DNA from: a virus
Lineage: Duplodnaviria > Caudoviricetes
Reading direction: 5' to 3' (one strand)
DNA: 56,371 bases
IMG/VR virus record: IMGVR_UViG_3300010362_000018
Span: 1-56,371 of that record
Shown: one piece after another, positions 1 to 9,041 of the stretch
Numbering within the stretch: the stretch's first letter is position 1
How the letters are laid out: every line of letters begins with the position of its first letter
The notes under the pieces: generated by a model
The model's database searches: none
Told to the model about the DNA's origin: nothing
The model's input: only the letters and a program-made list of their open reading frames with translations
Program-made: the position numbers and the translations under genes

Positions 1-1
1 C

Positions 2-370
2 ATCCTCCAGGTGGTCCTCTGCGAGTACAAGAAGAACTTCCTGGGCCGTCAGTACCCGGGCCGTACGCATGACACCGAGCTCCGCTACTGGAAGGCGATG
101 GGCGAGTACTGGGGCCACGAGTCGACGATGCTTCAGGCGCGGGCGGAGGTGTTCAACGCGGTCAGCCTGGGCGAGCAGAACGGCTGGTGGGGCGCCCGCA
201 AGGAACTGGAGCGGACGTTGCCGGACTTCCGGTACTACTGGAGCGACCTCCGGTTCAGCTATACCGATACGGATGACATCTCCCACCCCATCACCTGGGA
301 AGAGGCAGGCAAGCCCTGCCCAACGTCAAGCATCGTCGGAGCGGCTCCGGCTGCGCTGGCAGGACCCTGA
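2..370 (+). CDS. 5'-truncated aGPT-pyrophosphorylase / amino acid:DNA transferase-like protein (thymine hypermodification)
   Basis: Open from the window edge; motif VVLCEYKK-x5-YPGRTHD resembles the LCxxK...YxG..D signature of aGPT-Pplase proteins; clusters with a kinase and TET/JBP. Confidence 0.55.
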   Translation: MLQVVLCEYKKNFLGRQYPGRTHDTELRYWKAMGEYWGHESTMLQARAEVFNAVSLGEQNGWWGARKELERTLPDFRYYWSDLRFSYTDTDDISHPITWEEAGKPCPTSSIVGAAPAALAGP

Positions 371-761
371 GTTCCGGGCCAAGATGATCGCCAAGAACAA
401 GAACCCGTCGCACCCGTCCCGCGCCGCCTCTGCGGCACGGATGCGTGAGCGGTGGGCTGACCCGGAGTGGCGCGCCAAGATGTCAGCCGCGCAGCGCAAG
501 CGGTGGGAGGACCCGGAGTTCAGGGCGCGGGCGACCGCTCACCTGCCGGGCAACAATCACCGCGGGAACGCGCCGGTCAAGGGCACGTGCGTCTACTGTG
601 GCAGGCCGGGCACGGAGCGCGACCACGATGTGCCTACTCAGCGCGGCGGGACCAACGATCCGTCGAACATCGTGATCGCGTGCTCGTCGTGCAACGCCTC
701 GAAGGGCAATCTCACGGGCGCCGAGTACCGCGAGCTCCTCCGCCTGAAGGAGCTCCGGTGA
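273..761 (+). CDS. HNH endonuclease with N-terminal WxDPExRxK (NUMOD3-like) repeats
   Basis: CVYCG...DHDVP..RGG....NIVIACSSCNASKG; three W.DPE.RA repeats; ATG 273 chosen (ORF open from 69); overlaps the previous gene. Confidence 0.8.
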   Translation: MTSPTPSPGKRQASPAQRQASSERLRLRWQDPEFRAKMIAKNKNPSHPSRAASAARMRERWADPEWRAKMSAAQRKRWEDPEFRARATAHLPGNNHRGNAPVKGTCVYCGRPGTERDHDVPTQRGGTNDPSNIVIACSSCNASKGNLTGAEYRELLRLKELR

Positions 762-1210
762 TCCTCCGGCCCGTGTACGAGGTGGGCGACGCCCGGCTCT
801 ACCAGGCGGGCTCGAAGCGCCTCGACGGCTACGAGCCGAGTGACGTTGCGGCCGAGTACCGGATCGCGATGGTGCTGAACGTCGCGCCTCACCCGAACCC
901 GAAGATGGCGTTCTACGTGCTGACGTACCGCCACGTCCCGTTCGGGGACAACAGCCAGTTCCGGTCAGCGCTCCCGAACATCGAGCCCGCCGTGGCGGAG
1001 GCGGCAGCGACGCTGACCGCCGGGGGCAACGTCCTCACGCACTGCTACTACGGCGTGAACCGGAGCGGCCTGGTGAACGCGCTGATCATCCGGGACATCG
1101 AGAAGTGCTCCGGCCGTGACGCGCTCGCCCGCCTCAGGGAGCGCCGCCGCGGCGCTTGCGGCGGGAACGATCACTTCGTCGCGTATCTCAACGACCTGGA
1201 GGCCCCATGA
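758..1210 (+). CDS. Dual-specificity/tyrosine phosphatase-fold protein
   Basis: Catalytic HCxxGxxRS motif (HCYYGVNRSG); GTGA coupling with the HNH stop. Confidence 0.8.
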   Translation: MILRPVYEVGDARLYQAGSKRLDGYEPSDVAAEYRIAMVLNVAPHPNPKMAFYVLTYRHVPFGDNSQFRSALPNIEPAVAEAAATLTAGGNVLTHCYYGVNRSGLVNALIIRDIEKCSGRDALARLRERRRGACGGNDHFVAYLNDLEAP

Positions 1211-1929
1211 CCACCGCGGTCCTCGTGGACCTGGACGGCACGCTCCTGCCGGACAACATCTTCCTCCCGCAGGCAGCGGTCCTCACCGAGGCCATCACCG
1301 AGGTGTACGGATTCGACGCCGGGTACGGGCCGGAGCACGTCCCTGAGGCCGTGCAGGTGGACTGGGTCGGGAAGACTGACCGCCGGATCGTGCTGGAGAT
1401 GTGCAAGCGCGCCGGAGTCAGCGACGAGGACGCCGTGCTCAAGCTGCCACAGTGGATCGATGCGTACATGGCCCGGTTCCTGGCGCGCTGCCCGACGCGC
1501 CTGCGCGCTCGGCGCTCGGTGGTCGAGATGATCTGGGCCGCGAAGGCGCTCGGCGCGGACATCCGGCTGGTGACCGGGAACCTGCGGCCGGTGGCGCGGC
1601 TGAAGGTGGAGCGGGCGCTGGTCGGTGAGGCGATCAACCTCCGCCGGTCCGCAACGGGCAGCGAGTGCCTGAGCCGCGAGGAGCTCGTGAGGTGGGCGCT
1701 CGGTACGCTGCCGCCGAGTCACGCGGTGGTGGTCGGGGACACGTGGCGTGACGTTCAGGGCGCGCAGCTGGCGGGCGTGCCGTGCGTGGCGCTCGCGACG
1801 CCCAAGCACGGCGTGGAAGAGCTCCTGGACGCGGGTGCTGACACCGTCGTCCCGGCGGATGACGGAGAGAAGCTGACCGGCGCGGTGGTTGACCTGCTCA
1901 CCGCTTATACTTCGGCGCCCCGAACGTAG
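1207..1929 (+). CDS. HAD-superfamily hydrolase/phosphatase
   Basis: DLDGTL motif I, LVTGN motif II, VVGDTWRDV motif IV; ATGA coupling. Confidence 0.85.
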   Translation: MTTAVLVDLDGTLLPDNIFLPQAAVLTEAITEVYGFDAGYGPEHVPEAVQVDWVGKTDRRIVLEMCKRAGVSDEDAVLKLPQWIDAYMARFLARCPTRLRARRSVVEMIWAAKALGADIRLVTGNLRPVARLKVERALVGEAINLRRSATGSECLSREELVRWALGTLPPSHAVVVGDTWRDVQGAQLAGVPCVALATPKHGVEELLDAGADTVVPADDGEKLTGAVVDLLTAYTSAPRT

Positions 1930-1934
1930 GAGGC
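1906..1934 (+). promoter_or_regulatory. Promoter -10 TATACT + CCCGAAC leader + SD
   Basis: TATACT 1906-1911, CCCGAACGTA 1919-1928, GGAGG; member of a repeated element. Confidence 0.6.
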
Positions 1935-1938
1935 CCGA

Positions 1939-2235
1939 GTGGCGATCGTCAGGATCAAGGCGAACAAGCGATGGTTCCGGCAGGTGCTGATCGTGATGCA
2001 CGACCAGCCGAAGCTGATCCGCGAGGTAGAGCGCGCGATGGAGCGACCCGGGCTGACCGCCAGCCTCACCGCGCCGGAGATGCGTGACCTTGCGGCCCGG
2101 ATGCCCGACGACCCCAACGTTGTGCGCGCCCTGAGCGATCTGGAGGCCGCTGAGGAGAACGATCGCATCCGCAAGGCGGAACTGAACGAGCGGATGGATC
2201 GCTTCCGCTCAGAGGCCCGGTGGGACCGTGACTGA
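1939..2235 (+). CDS. Hypothetical protein
   Basis: GGAGG SD, GTG start, GC-type codon use. Confidence 0.7.
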   Translation: MAIVRIKANKRWFRQVLIVMHDQPKLIREVERAMERPGLTASLTAPEMRDLAARMPDDPNVVRALSDLEAAEENDRIRKAELNERMDRFRSEARWDRD

Positions 2236-2314
2236 CTTCTGGGCCGGGCTGATCTGCGCGCTGTTCGCCGCGACGATCTGCGCGCTGATCCTGCACTGGG
2301 CGGGTGTGCTGTGA
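2228..2314 (+). CDS. Small hydrophobic peptide (28 aa)
   Basis: MTDFWAGLICALFAATICALILHWAGVL fills the gap and overlaps both neighbours. Confidence 0.5.
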   Translation: MTDFWAGLICALFAATICALILHWAGVL

Positions 2315-2868
2315 CCGCCCGGACGCGCCCGTGGTACCGGGCTGAGAAGCCGTTGCTCGTCTACCTGATCGGCGTGCCCGGCGCGGGCAAGTCAGCCGTC
2401 ATGGCCGAACTCGTTCGCGGGCGCCGCCGCCGGGTGTTCACGCAGCCGTTCGCTCACACCACCTACGAGGACGGGCTGGTGCAGCTGGGCCGGGAGCGCG
2501 TGGGCCGGTCAGGCACCGACACGCTCGCGATGAACGTTCAGCCGCGCGTCCTCGCGATGCTGGAGACTCAGACGTGGAGCCGCGTCCTCGGGGAGGGTGA
2601 CCGGCTCGCGAACCGCGCGTTCTTCGACGGCGCTCGGCTGCGCGGCTACACGCTCGACGTGATCCTGCTCGACTGCCCGCCGGAAGTTGCGGCGGAGCGC
2701 CGCGCCGCAAGAGGCTCCGAGCAGGACGCGCGCTGGCTGAAGTCACGCGCCTCGAAGATCGAGAACCTGAGGCCCCTGGCTACCGCCGTTCTGGATGCTA
2801 CGTTGCCGGTGGAGACGCTGGTAGCGACGCTGTCGGCGCACCCGGTGATCACGAGAGAGGAGTCCTGA
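2311..2868 (+). CDS. P-loop nucleotide kinase of DNA-modification loci
   Basis: Walker A GVPGAGKS, SGTDTL, EGDRL, RxxRGS lid; coupled to the TET/JBP gene. Confidence 0.75.
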   Translation: MTARTRPWYRAEKPLLVYLIGVPGAGKSAVMAELVRGRRRRVFTQPFAHTTYEDGLVQLGRERVGRSGTDTLAMNVQPRVLAMLETQTWSRVLGEGDRLANRAFFDGARLRGYTLDVILLDCPPEVAAERRAARGSEQDARWLKSRASKIENLRPLATAVLDATLPVETLVATLSAHPVITREES

Positions 2869-3773
2869 TGCTGACGGAACTGCGCGTGCGTTCACGGATC
2901 AGCCCGGAGGCGATGGACGCCCGGAAGCAGAAGATCCTCACCGAGCGTGACCACGACGTGCGCCTGACCGGCCCGACGCGCGTGATGGGGCCGTCAGGGA
3001 GGCCGCTGGCCGTCTACCTGCCCGGCGCGGTCCGGGAGCAGATGGACGCGGCGTACGGGATCCTCCACACGATCAGGGGGACGAGCGAGAACCGCGGGTA
3101 CGCCTCAGGCACCGGCAACAAGTTCACGCAGAACAACGTGCAGCGCGCCAAGCCTGTCATGTCCTCGATCCTCGGCTCGTTCGAGGCGTCGGGCTTCTAC
3201 AAGTTCTGTCGCCTCACCTCCTGGACCGCAAGAGAGATGGAGACTCGCTGGCCTCAGCTGCTGCCGCTGTTCCAGGCGATCGCCGCCGAGTTCGAGCGCT
3301 ACGTCCCGGACCGCTTCGCCGCGCAGCGTCGGTACGCCGATCAGACCGCCGCCGACTGGATCATCGACGGCACGCCGTTCACGACGATCACGCTGAACAA
3401 CACGTACAGCACCGGGGTCCACCAGGACAAGGGTGATCTGGACGAGGGGTTCAGCTGCCTCGCTGTCGCCCGGCGCGGGGCCTACGTGGGCGGGACGCTG
3501 ACGTTCCCCGAGTACCGGATCGCTGCGGACATGCAGGACGGCGACCTGATCCTGATGGACGCTCACGCCTGGCACGGGAACACGCTGATGCACTGTCGCT
3601 GCGAGGACGGCCGCAAGCTGCTCAACACCGGCCCGTGCGAGTCGTGTGGCGCTGAGCGGATCAGCGTCGTCTGTTACTACCGGACGAAGATGGCGACCTG
3701 CGGGACGGCTGACGCTGAGGCGTCCCGGGCGACCGACTGGGCGGAGCGCAACTACGGCGTGAGGAGCGGCTGA
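2868..3773 (+). CDS. TET/JBP-family 2OG-Fe(II) dioxygenase
   Basis: FTTITLN, HxD (HQD), HGNT and RISVVCYYR motifs. Confidence 0.8.
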   Translation: MLTELRVRSRISPEAMDARKQKILTERDHDVRLTGPTRVMGPSGRPLAVYLPGAVREQMDAAYGILHTIRGTSENRGYASGTGNKFTQNNVQRAKPVMSSILGSFEASGFYKFCRLTSWTAREMETRWPQLLPLFQAIAAEFERYVPDRFAAQRRYADQTAADWIIDGTPFTTITLNNTYSTGVHQDKGDLDEGFSCLAVARRGAYVGGTLTFPEYRIAADMQDGDLILMDAHAWHGNTLMHCRCEDGRKLLNTGPCESCGAERISVVCYYRTKMATCGTADAEASRATDWAERNYGVRSG

Positions 3774-3949
3774 TGGAGTACAAGGACACGCTCCCCTACC
3801 AGGAGCGGCAAGAGGCTCTGGAGGCCCGGGGGGACCTCTCAGGAGAGGCGCTGACCGAGCGCTTGAGCCGCGGGGAGCTCGCCGCCGAACAGGCCATCCT
3901 GGACCGCGAACGACGCGCGCAACTCCGCCGGGCCTGGGCCTCCGAGTAG
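3773..3949 (+). CDS. Hypothetical protein (58 aa)
   Basis: TGATG coupling with the TET/JBP gene. Confidence 0.55.
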   Translation: MEYKDTLPYQERQEALEARGDLSGEALTERLSRGELAAEQAILDRERRAQLRRAWASE

Positions 3950-4032
3950 CTCGGGCTCAGCCGCGCCGCAAGTGACCGGCCGTGCCGGGCGGCTGACGCG
4001 CGCACCCGAGGCCCACCGACGAAAGATAAAGA

Positions 4033-4095
4033 TTCGCTAGGGGGGGTTGACATTACCGAGCAACCGGTTATACTGTGTCTTGTAACCCGAACGTA
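4033..4095 (+). promoter_or_regulatory. Strong sigma-70-type promoter with TTCGCTAG7 upstream tract and AACCCGAACGTA leader
   Basis: TTGACA 4047-4052, 16-nt spacer, TATACT 4069-4074, CCCGAAC 4086-4092. Confidence 0.85.
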
Positions 4096-4123
4096 GCCCT
4101 CTGAACCAGCCCAGGAGATTCAA

Positions 4124-5206
4124 ATGCCCGCCACCCTCACCACCCCGCTCAACTCCCGCGAGTACGTCGTCAACGCCGAGCGGCGCTCCACCAGCCGCAC
4201 CGTGACCGCCGTGATCGCCGAGCGGCCGATCTGGGCCGAGCGCGCCTCCAGCTTCCGGGTCCTCTGCGACACCCACGGCACCACCCGCCGCGCGGCTAAC
4301 CGGACCGAGGCCTTCGACATGGCCCGCTACCCGGCCAGCTTCTGCGACCAGTGCACCGGCCCCACCGCCCGCCGCCAGCGCGTCAGCCGCGCCGCCCGCC
4401 GAGTCACGGGCACGGTGGCCGCGGTCGCCGGTAACCGCAAGTTCGGCGTCGAGATCGAGTTCATCGGCGCGGCCATGAGCCGAGTCGCTCAGGAGCTCCG
4501 CAACCGCGGGCTCGGGTGTGACCTGCCCGGCTACAGCCACCGAGTCCTGAGCACCTGGAAGGTCGTCAGCGACGCCTCCCTCCCCTCCGGCGGCGGCGAG
4601 CTCGTCAGCCCCCCGCTCCGCGGCGCCGCGGGCCTTGAGCAGCTGCGCCTGGCCTGCGAGGCGCTTGAGGCCGCTGGCGCCCGCGTCAGCCGCTCTTGCG
4701 GCCTCCACGTCCACCACGACGTGAACGGGCTGAACGCTCCGGCGCTGGGTCGCCTCTTCCGCAACTGGATGGATACGCAGAGCGCTACCGACCAGCTGGT
4801 CAGCGCCTCCCGCCGCGGCACCCGCTGGGCCGCGCCGCTCACCCACCGCGACGTCGAGCGCGTCGAGTCGCTCCGCTCCACGGCGCGTGACGCGGTCCGT
4901 AGCCACTTCGCCTACGTGGACCGCTACCGCTCCCTGAACGTTGCGGCGTACCCGCGCTACGGCACCGTCGAGGTTCGGCAGCACCAGGGCACGATCAGCT
5001 TCACGAAGATCGCTGCCTGGGTCGCCTACGGCCAGGCTCAGATCAACGCCGCGGTCGCCGGGGTCACGCTGGCTAGCGTCACCGCTCACGACCTGCTCGA
5101 CACGCTGGCGGCTCACGGGCTGAGCGCTGACCAGGTGACCTACCTGAAGCAGCGCGCCGGTCACTTCGGCTTCGCCGCTCCCGCCCCCGCGCCGGTCGCG
5201 GCGTAA
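4124..5206 (+). CDS. Putative amidoligase (COOH-NH2 ligase, Amidoligase_2-like)
   Basis: FGVEIEF, WKVVSDASL, ELVSPPL, CGLHVH, RYRSLN, TVEVRQHQGT. Confidence 0.85.
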   Translation: MPATLTTPLNSREYVVNAERRSTSRTVTAVIAERPIWAERASSFRVLCDTHGTTRRAANRTEAFDMARYPASFCDQCTGPTARRQRVSRAARRVTGTVAAVAGNRKFGVEIEFIGAAMSRVAQELRNRGLGCDLPGYSHRVLSTWKVVSDASLPSGGGELVSPPLRGAAGLEQLRLACEALEAAGARVSRSCGLHVHHDVNGLNAPALGRLFRNWMDTQSATDQLVSASRRGTRWAAPLTHRDVERVESLRSTARDAVRSHFAYVDRYRSLNVAAYPRYGTVEVRQHQGTISFTKIAAWVAYGQAQINAAVAGVTLASVTAHDLLDTLAAHGLSADQVTYLKQRAGHFGFAAPAPAPVAA

Positions 5207-5216
5207 GGGGGCGGCG

Positions 5217-5489
5217 GTGCTGAACCTGATCTTCCCTGACGGCTCCATCGTCACCGGGCGCACCTTCGCTGAACTGGAGGAGGCGCTCAGGGCAACGCAG
5301 TGGAGGCCGTACAAGACGCGCCGGGAGTTCCGCCGGGACTTGCGGCGCCGGGCCGCTAACTGGTCCGGCCGGGCTCAGAAGCCCGTCATCTACCAGACCC
5401 CTAAGGGGTTCATCTACCACCTGGTCAACAGCGGGATGTGCATGCTGGAGACCACCTCAGTCACCTCGATCCATCAGGAGCAGTCATGA
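5217..5489 (+). CDS. Hypothetical protein
   Basis: ORF between the amidoligase and the C26 hydrolase. Confidence 0.65.
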   Translation: MLNLIFPDGSIVTGRTFAELEEALRATQWRPYKTRREFRRDLRRRAANWSGRAQKPVIYQTPKGFIYHLVNSGMCMLETTSVTSIHQEQS

Positions 5490-6472
5490 CCAAGAAGCCC
5501 CGCAAGACCAACCCCGCCCCCGCTACCGCCGACCGGCCCGTTCAGCGCCCCCACGTGCTGATCCTGGAGGGCCTCAGCGGCGCTACGGCCGTCGTCCGTC
5601 ACGCGGGCGGCACCGTCACCACCGTGAGCCCTCAGAACGTGAGCGCGGTCGAGAAGGCGCTGGCCCAGCCGTTCGACGCGCTGCTGCTCACGGGCGGCGG
5701 CGACGTGGACCCGCGGCGCTACGGCGAGAAGCCTCACGCTCGGACGTACGGCGTCAACGAGACGCGCGACCGTACCGAGTGGAGCGCCCTGGAGCGCGCT
5801 GAGGCGCTGGGCGTCCCGGTCCTGGGCATCTGCCGAGGCAGCCAGCTGATGGCCGTCCACAACGGCGGGCGCCTGAAGCAGCACATCAACGGGCACCGCG
5901 GCACCAGCCACCTCGTCTGGGCTCAGCCCGGGACGCACTTCAAGCGCATCATCGGCAACGCGATGGGCTGCGTGAGCCTCCACCACCAGATCGTCTTGCG
6001 GCACGGCGCGGGCTTCCGGGTGGCGGCGCGTAACCGCGAGGGCATGATCGAGGCGATCGAGTCCCGTGACGGGCGCTGCCTCGGGGTCCAGTTCCACCCG
6101 GAGATGGACTACTGGAGCAACCCGGGCTCACAGCGGATCATCCGCTGGCCGGTCGAGGCCGCGGCGGCGTACGCGGGCGTCCAGGCGCCGCCCGCGCGGC
6201 CGGTCAAGGCGCGGCGCGCCCCGGCCAAGGCTGAGGGCAAGCACCGCCCCGCCGGTCAGCGCACCAAGCCCCGCAAGCGGGCGCCGGTCAAGGTCAGCTG
6301 GCTCTGCCCGGTGTGCGCCATCAGGTTCGACAAGGAGGAGGACCGTAACGACCACATCTGGTACCTCCACGAGCAGCAGCCGCTGTTCGACAAGGTGGGC
6401 AAGCCGCCCAAGTACAACGCCGCGGGCCTTGAGCCGCCTGCGGACCACCCCGACTGGGAGCCCGCCGCGTAG
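5486..6472 (+). CDS. Class I glutamine amidotransferase / peptidase C26 (gamma-glutamyl hydrolase, PuuD-like) with C-terminal C2H2 finger
   Basis: LTGGGDVDP, LGICRGSQ (nucleophile Cys), GVQFHPE; CPVC...H...H tail. Confidence 0.85.
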   Translation: MTKKPRKTNPAPATADRPVQRPHVLILEGLSGATAVVRHAGGTVTTVSPQNVSAVEKALAQPFDALLLTGGGDVDPRRYGEKPHARTYGVNETRDRTEWSALERAEALGVPVLGICRGSQLMAVHNGGRLKQHINGHRGTSHLVWAQPGTHFKRIIGNAMGCVSLHHQIVLRHGAGFRVAARNREGMIEAIESRDGRCLGVQFHPEMDYWSNPGSQRIIRWPVEAAAAYAGVQAPPARPVKARRAPAKAEGKHRPAGQRTKPRKRAPVKVSWLCPVCAIRFDKEEDRNDHIWYLHEQQPLFDKVGKPPKYNAAGLEPPADHPDWEPAA

Positions 6473-6481
6473 GCGGGCTCC
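6457..6481 (+). terminator. GC hairpin over the stop codon
   Basis: GGAGCCCGCC/GGCGGGCTCC 10-bp stem; no U-tract. Confidence 0.45.
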
Positions 6482-6508
6482 AGCCCTTCCACCAGGAGAT
6501 CACTACCC

Positions 6509-7558
6509 ATGCCGCCTTACAGCCGCTACGAGGACGCGCTGATCGCCCAGCAGCGCCTCTACGAATGGACCATCAGCGAGCCGGGCCTCAGGTTCATGCT
6601 GGGCTTCTTCACCAGCCAGAACGAGATCCATACGCCGGAGGCTCAGCGTGACCCGGTCGCGCTCGCCCGGATCCAGGTCGCGATGTTGCGGGAAGCCGAG
6701 CCGGTGTACGTCAGCCCGGACGCCTGCGATCTGGTCGACCACGCCCGTGAGACGTGGAAGCCTGAGCCCGTCCTGGGCAGCGACGCGTTCACGCCGTACG
6801 GGTTCGTGCTGTTCCCGCGGCCGATCATGCTCGACGACATGCCCGTCACCGAGGAGAACCCGATGCGCGCCCCGGCGCCGCCCGGCTCGCTGAACGGCTA
6901 CATCCCCGTCCGCGCGATGGCGTGGCTGAGCATCATCAGCGAGGACGCGCAGATCGGGACGTTCTGGGTCAGCTTCTACACGGCGGTCGAGGACGAGTTC
7001 CGCCTTGCGGACGAGCTCGGCGTCCCTGACCGCTGGACCAACCCGCCACCGGGCCACCCGGCGTACACGCGCGATCACGTCCGCCGCAACTTCCCGATGT
7101 CGATGGTCCACATGTGGCAGTGGTCGTGGGGCAACGACGGCAACCACGAGTACGGCGACTGGGATGACCCTGACCGCTACGACGTGATGCCCCAGGACAG
7201 CTTCGAGCAGATGAGGGAGCGCGCCCGGCAGCAGTGCGGACTGATCCAGACGTTCTGGCGCATCGCCAGCCAGTTCGTCCCCGCCCGGCACCGGCTCCCG
7301 CGTCAGCTGCGCCGCGACGCCGCGCGGCACGGGATCGCCGCGAAGGAGGTCACCGTGATCACCTTGCGGCGGGAGCGTGAGCGCCCCGACTACGACCCGG
7401 AGCCGACCGGGAGGGAGTACCACGTCAGCTTCCTCGTCCGCGGGTACTGGGCTACCCGGCACACCCGCAACGGGCCGCGGCAGGTCTGGGTCCGCCCCCA
7501 CCTCAAGGGGCAGGGGCCGTTCCAGGAGACGGCGCGTGGATGGGAATTCACACGGTGA
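6509..7558 (+). CDS. Hypothetical phage protein with C-terminal VRGxW...WVRPHxKG motif
   Basis: 349-aa ORF, CAGGAG SD. Confidence 0.75.
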   Translation: MPPYSRYEDALIAQQRLYEWTISEPGLRFMLGFFTSQNEIHTPEAQRDPVALARIQVAMLREAEPVYVSPDACDLVDHARETWKPEPVLGSDAFTPYGFVLFPRPIMLDDMPVTEENPMRAPAPPGSLNGYIPVRAMAWLSIISEDAQIGTFWVSFYTAVEDEFRLADELGVPDRWTNPPPGHPAYTRDHVRRNFPMSMVHMWQWSWGNDGNHEYGDWDDPDRYDVMPQDSFEQMRERARQQCGLIQTFWRIASQFVPARHRLPRQLRRDAARHGIAAKEVTVITLRRERERPDYDPEPTGREYHVSFLVRGYWATRHTRNGPRQVWVRPHLKGQGPFQETARGWEFTR

Positions 7559-7585
7559 GGGCGCCCGCGCCGACCCCGGCGTCCC

Positions 7586-7613
7586 CGGTCCGTAGGGAGC
7601 TCTCCTGGAGTCC
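7586..7613 (+). repeat. Degenerate copy of the dispersed CGGTCCGTAGGGA...CTGGAGTCC element
   Basis: Matches 29038-29065 at both ends. Confidence 0.6.
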
Positions 7614-7695
7614 TGAGGACCGGGACGCGTGGGTATCCGCTGGCGAGCCGCAAGGCTTGCGGACCGCCTCGCCGCTGAGGAACGCTGAGAAGAAA

Positions 7696-7755
7696 TTCGC
7701 TAGGGGGGGTTGACGAAACGCGAATCGTTGTTATACTTGTAGGCGTAGCCCGAAC
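7696..7755 (+). promoter_or_regulatory. Strong promoter, same class as 4033
   Basis: TTCGCTAG7, TTGACG 7710-7715, TATACT 7732-7737, CCCGAAC 7749-7755. Confidence 0.85.
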
Positions 7756-7779
7756 GAACCCCGACTCAGGAGACCTCTC

Positions 7780-8103
7780 ATGATCAACGAAATCCTTCTC
7801 ACCGGCACCGCCTTCGGCCGTACGATCAGCTTCATCGCCAAGGACTACGGTCACGGCGCGATGAGCGTTGACGCGCTGTTCCTCGCCCGGACCCCGAAGG
7901 GCTCCAAGACCTACGCGGTGAACGGCGACTTCTACCCGGTCGAGAACGACCGTCGCCGCGGCGACACGATCTTCACCACGGAGGACGGGCGCGAGTACCG
8001 CCTCGCCTTCCAGACCGTCATTCGGAACCGTCACGGGCGCCTCTGCGGGCTGGTCGAGCAGAACGCCGAGACGACGGTCCTTCCCTACTTCCAGGCCGCG
8101 TAG
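7780..8103 (+). CDS. Hypothetical early protein
   Basis: SD CAGGAG, first gene after a promoter. Confidence 0.7.
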   Translation: MINEILLTGTAFGRTISFIAKDYGHGAMSVDALFLARTPKGSKTYAVNGDFYPVENDRRRGDTIFTTEDGREYRLAFQTVIRNRHGRLCGLVEQNAETTVLPYFQAA

Positions 8104-8137
8104 AGCGGCCTGGGCAACCCATCAGGAGATCACCACC

Positions 8138-8374
8138 ATGAACGTTCAGCTTCACGAGAAGACCGGCCGCTACTACGACGCGGACGGGCTGCACCCCGCC
8201 GACGCCCGCTACTACTGGACCGCGTTCTGCGGCGGTTGCGGGGAGGAGATCGACGTGGTCGCCACGTACGAGGGCGGCGCGCGGGCCGTCGTCAAGGCCG
8301 CGATCGCCGCGGACTACGTGCCCATGACCATTGACCGCCTTGAGCGCCGCGAGCTCGGCGTCATCTACTTCTAG
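8138..8374 (+). CDS. Hypothetical protein
   Basis: SD CAGGAG, CxxC. Confidence 0.7.
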   Translation: MNVQLHEKTGRYYDADGLHPADARYYWTAFCGGCGEEIDVVATYEGGARAVVKAAIAADYVPMTIDRLERRELGVIYF

Positions 8375-8376
8375 CC

Positions 8377-8604
8377 ATGAGCGCGATCTTCATCCCCCGC
8401 GGCGCCCTCCTGACGGACGAGTCAGGCGGGCGCATGATCCTCAGGGTCGCGGGCTACGGCGAGGTGACCGGCCTCTCCGCAACCACCCTGAGCGTCCGCT
8501 TCGAGGACGGGCAGGACTACACCGTGAAGCGCTCCGAGCTCCCCGTCAAGACCCGCGGCTGGCACGTCGGCCTCGGGACCCCCAACCATCAGGAGTCAAG
8601 GTGA
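8377..8604 (+). CDS. Hypothetical protein
   Basis: Tightly packed ORF. Confidence 0.65.
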   Translation: MSAIFIPRGALLTDESGGRMILRVAGYGEVTGLSATTLSVRFEDGQDYTVKRSELPVKTRGWHVGLGTPNHQESR

Positions 8605-9041
8605 ACCCTCAGTACAACATCGCCGTCTACGGCACCCTCATGTCCGGCCACTTCAGGAGCGAGGCGGCGCTCAGCCCGTACGCCGAGCTCCAGGGGCCGT
8701 GCGTCATCCGCGGCGACCTGTACGCCGTGGGCTTCGGCGCCTTCCCCGCGCTCCGCAAGGGCACGGGCGAGGTGAAGGGCGAGCTCTGGCGCGCCCTCTC
8801 CCTGGAGCACCTCACCGAGATGCTGAAGATGACCGACAGCATCGAGGGCTACCGCGCCAATGACGAGGGCCGGTCGATGTACCTGCGGCGGATGGTGCAG
8901 CTGGTCGAGCCCGACGTGACCGCCTGGACCTACGTCTGGAACAGCGACGGGATGCGCCTCCACCCGATCCCCTCCGGGGACTGGCGCGAGTACGCCGCGC
9001 GTGAGCGCGACGCCTGGCGCGGCACGTGGAGCGCGGCATGA
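8601..9041 (+). CDS. Gamma-glutamylcyclotransferase (AIG2/GGCT-like)
   Basis: N-terminal AVYGTL, FPAL, VKGELW, D.IEGY, YLRR, AWTYVW, I.SGDW. Confidence 0.85.
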   Translation: MNPQYNIAVYGTLMSGHFRSEAALSPYAELQGPCVIRGDLYAVGFGAFPALRKGTGEVKGELWRALSLEHLTEMLKMTDSIEGYRANDEGRSMYLRRMVQLVEPDVTAWTYVWNSDGMRLHPIPSGDWREYAARERDAWRGTWSAA

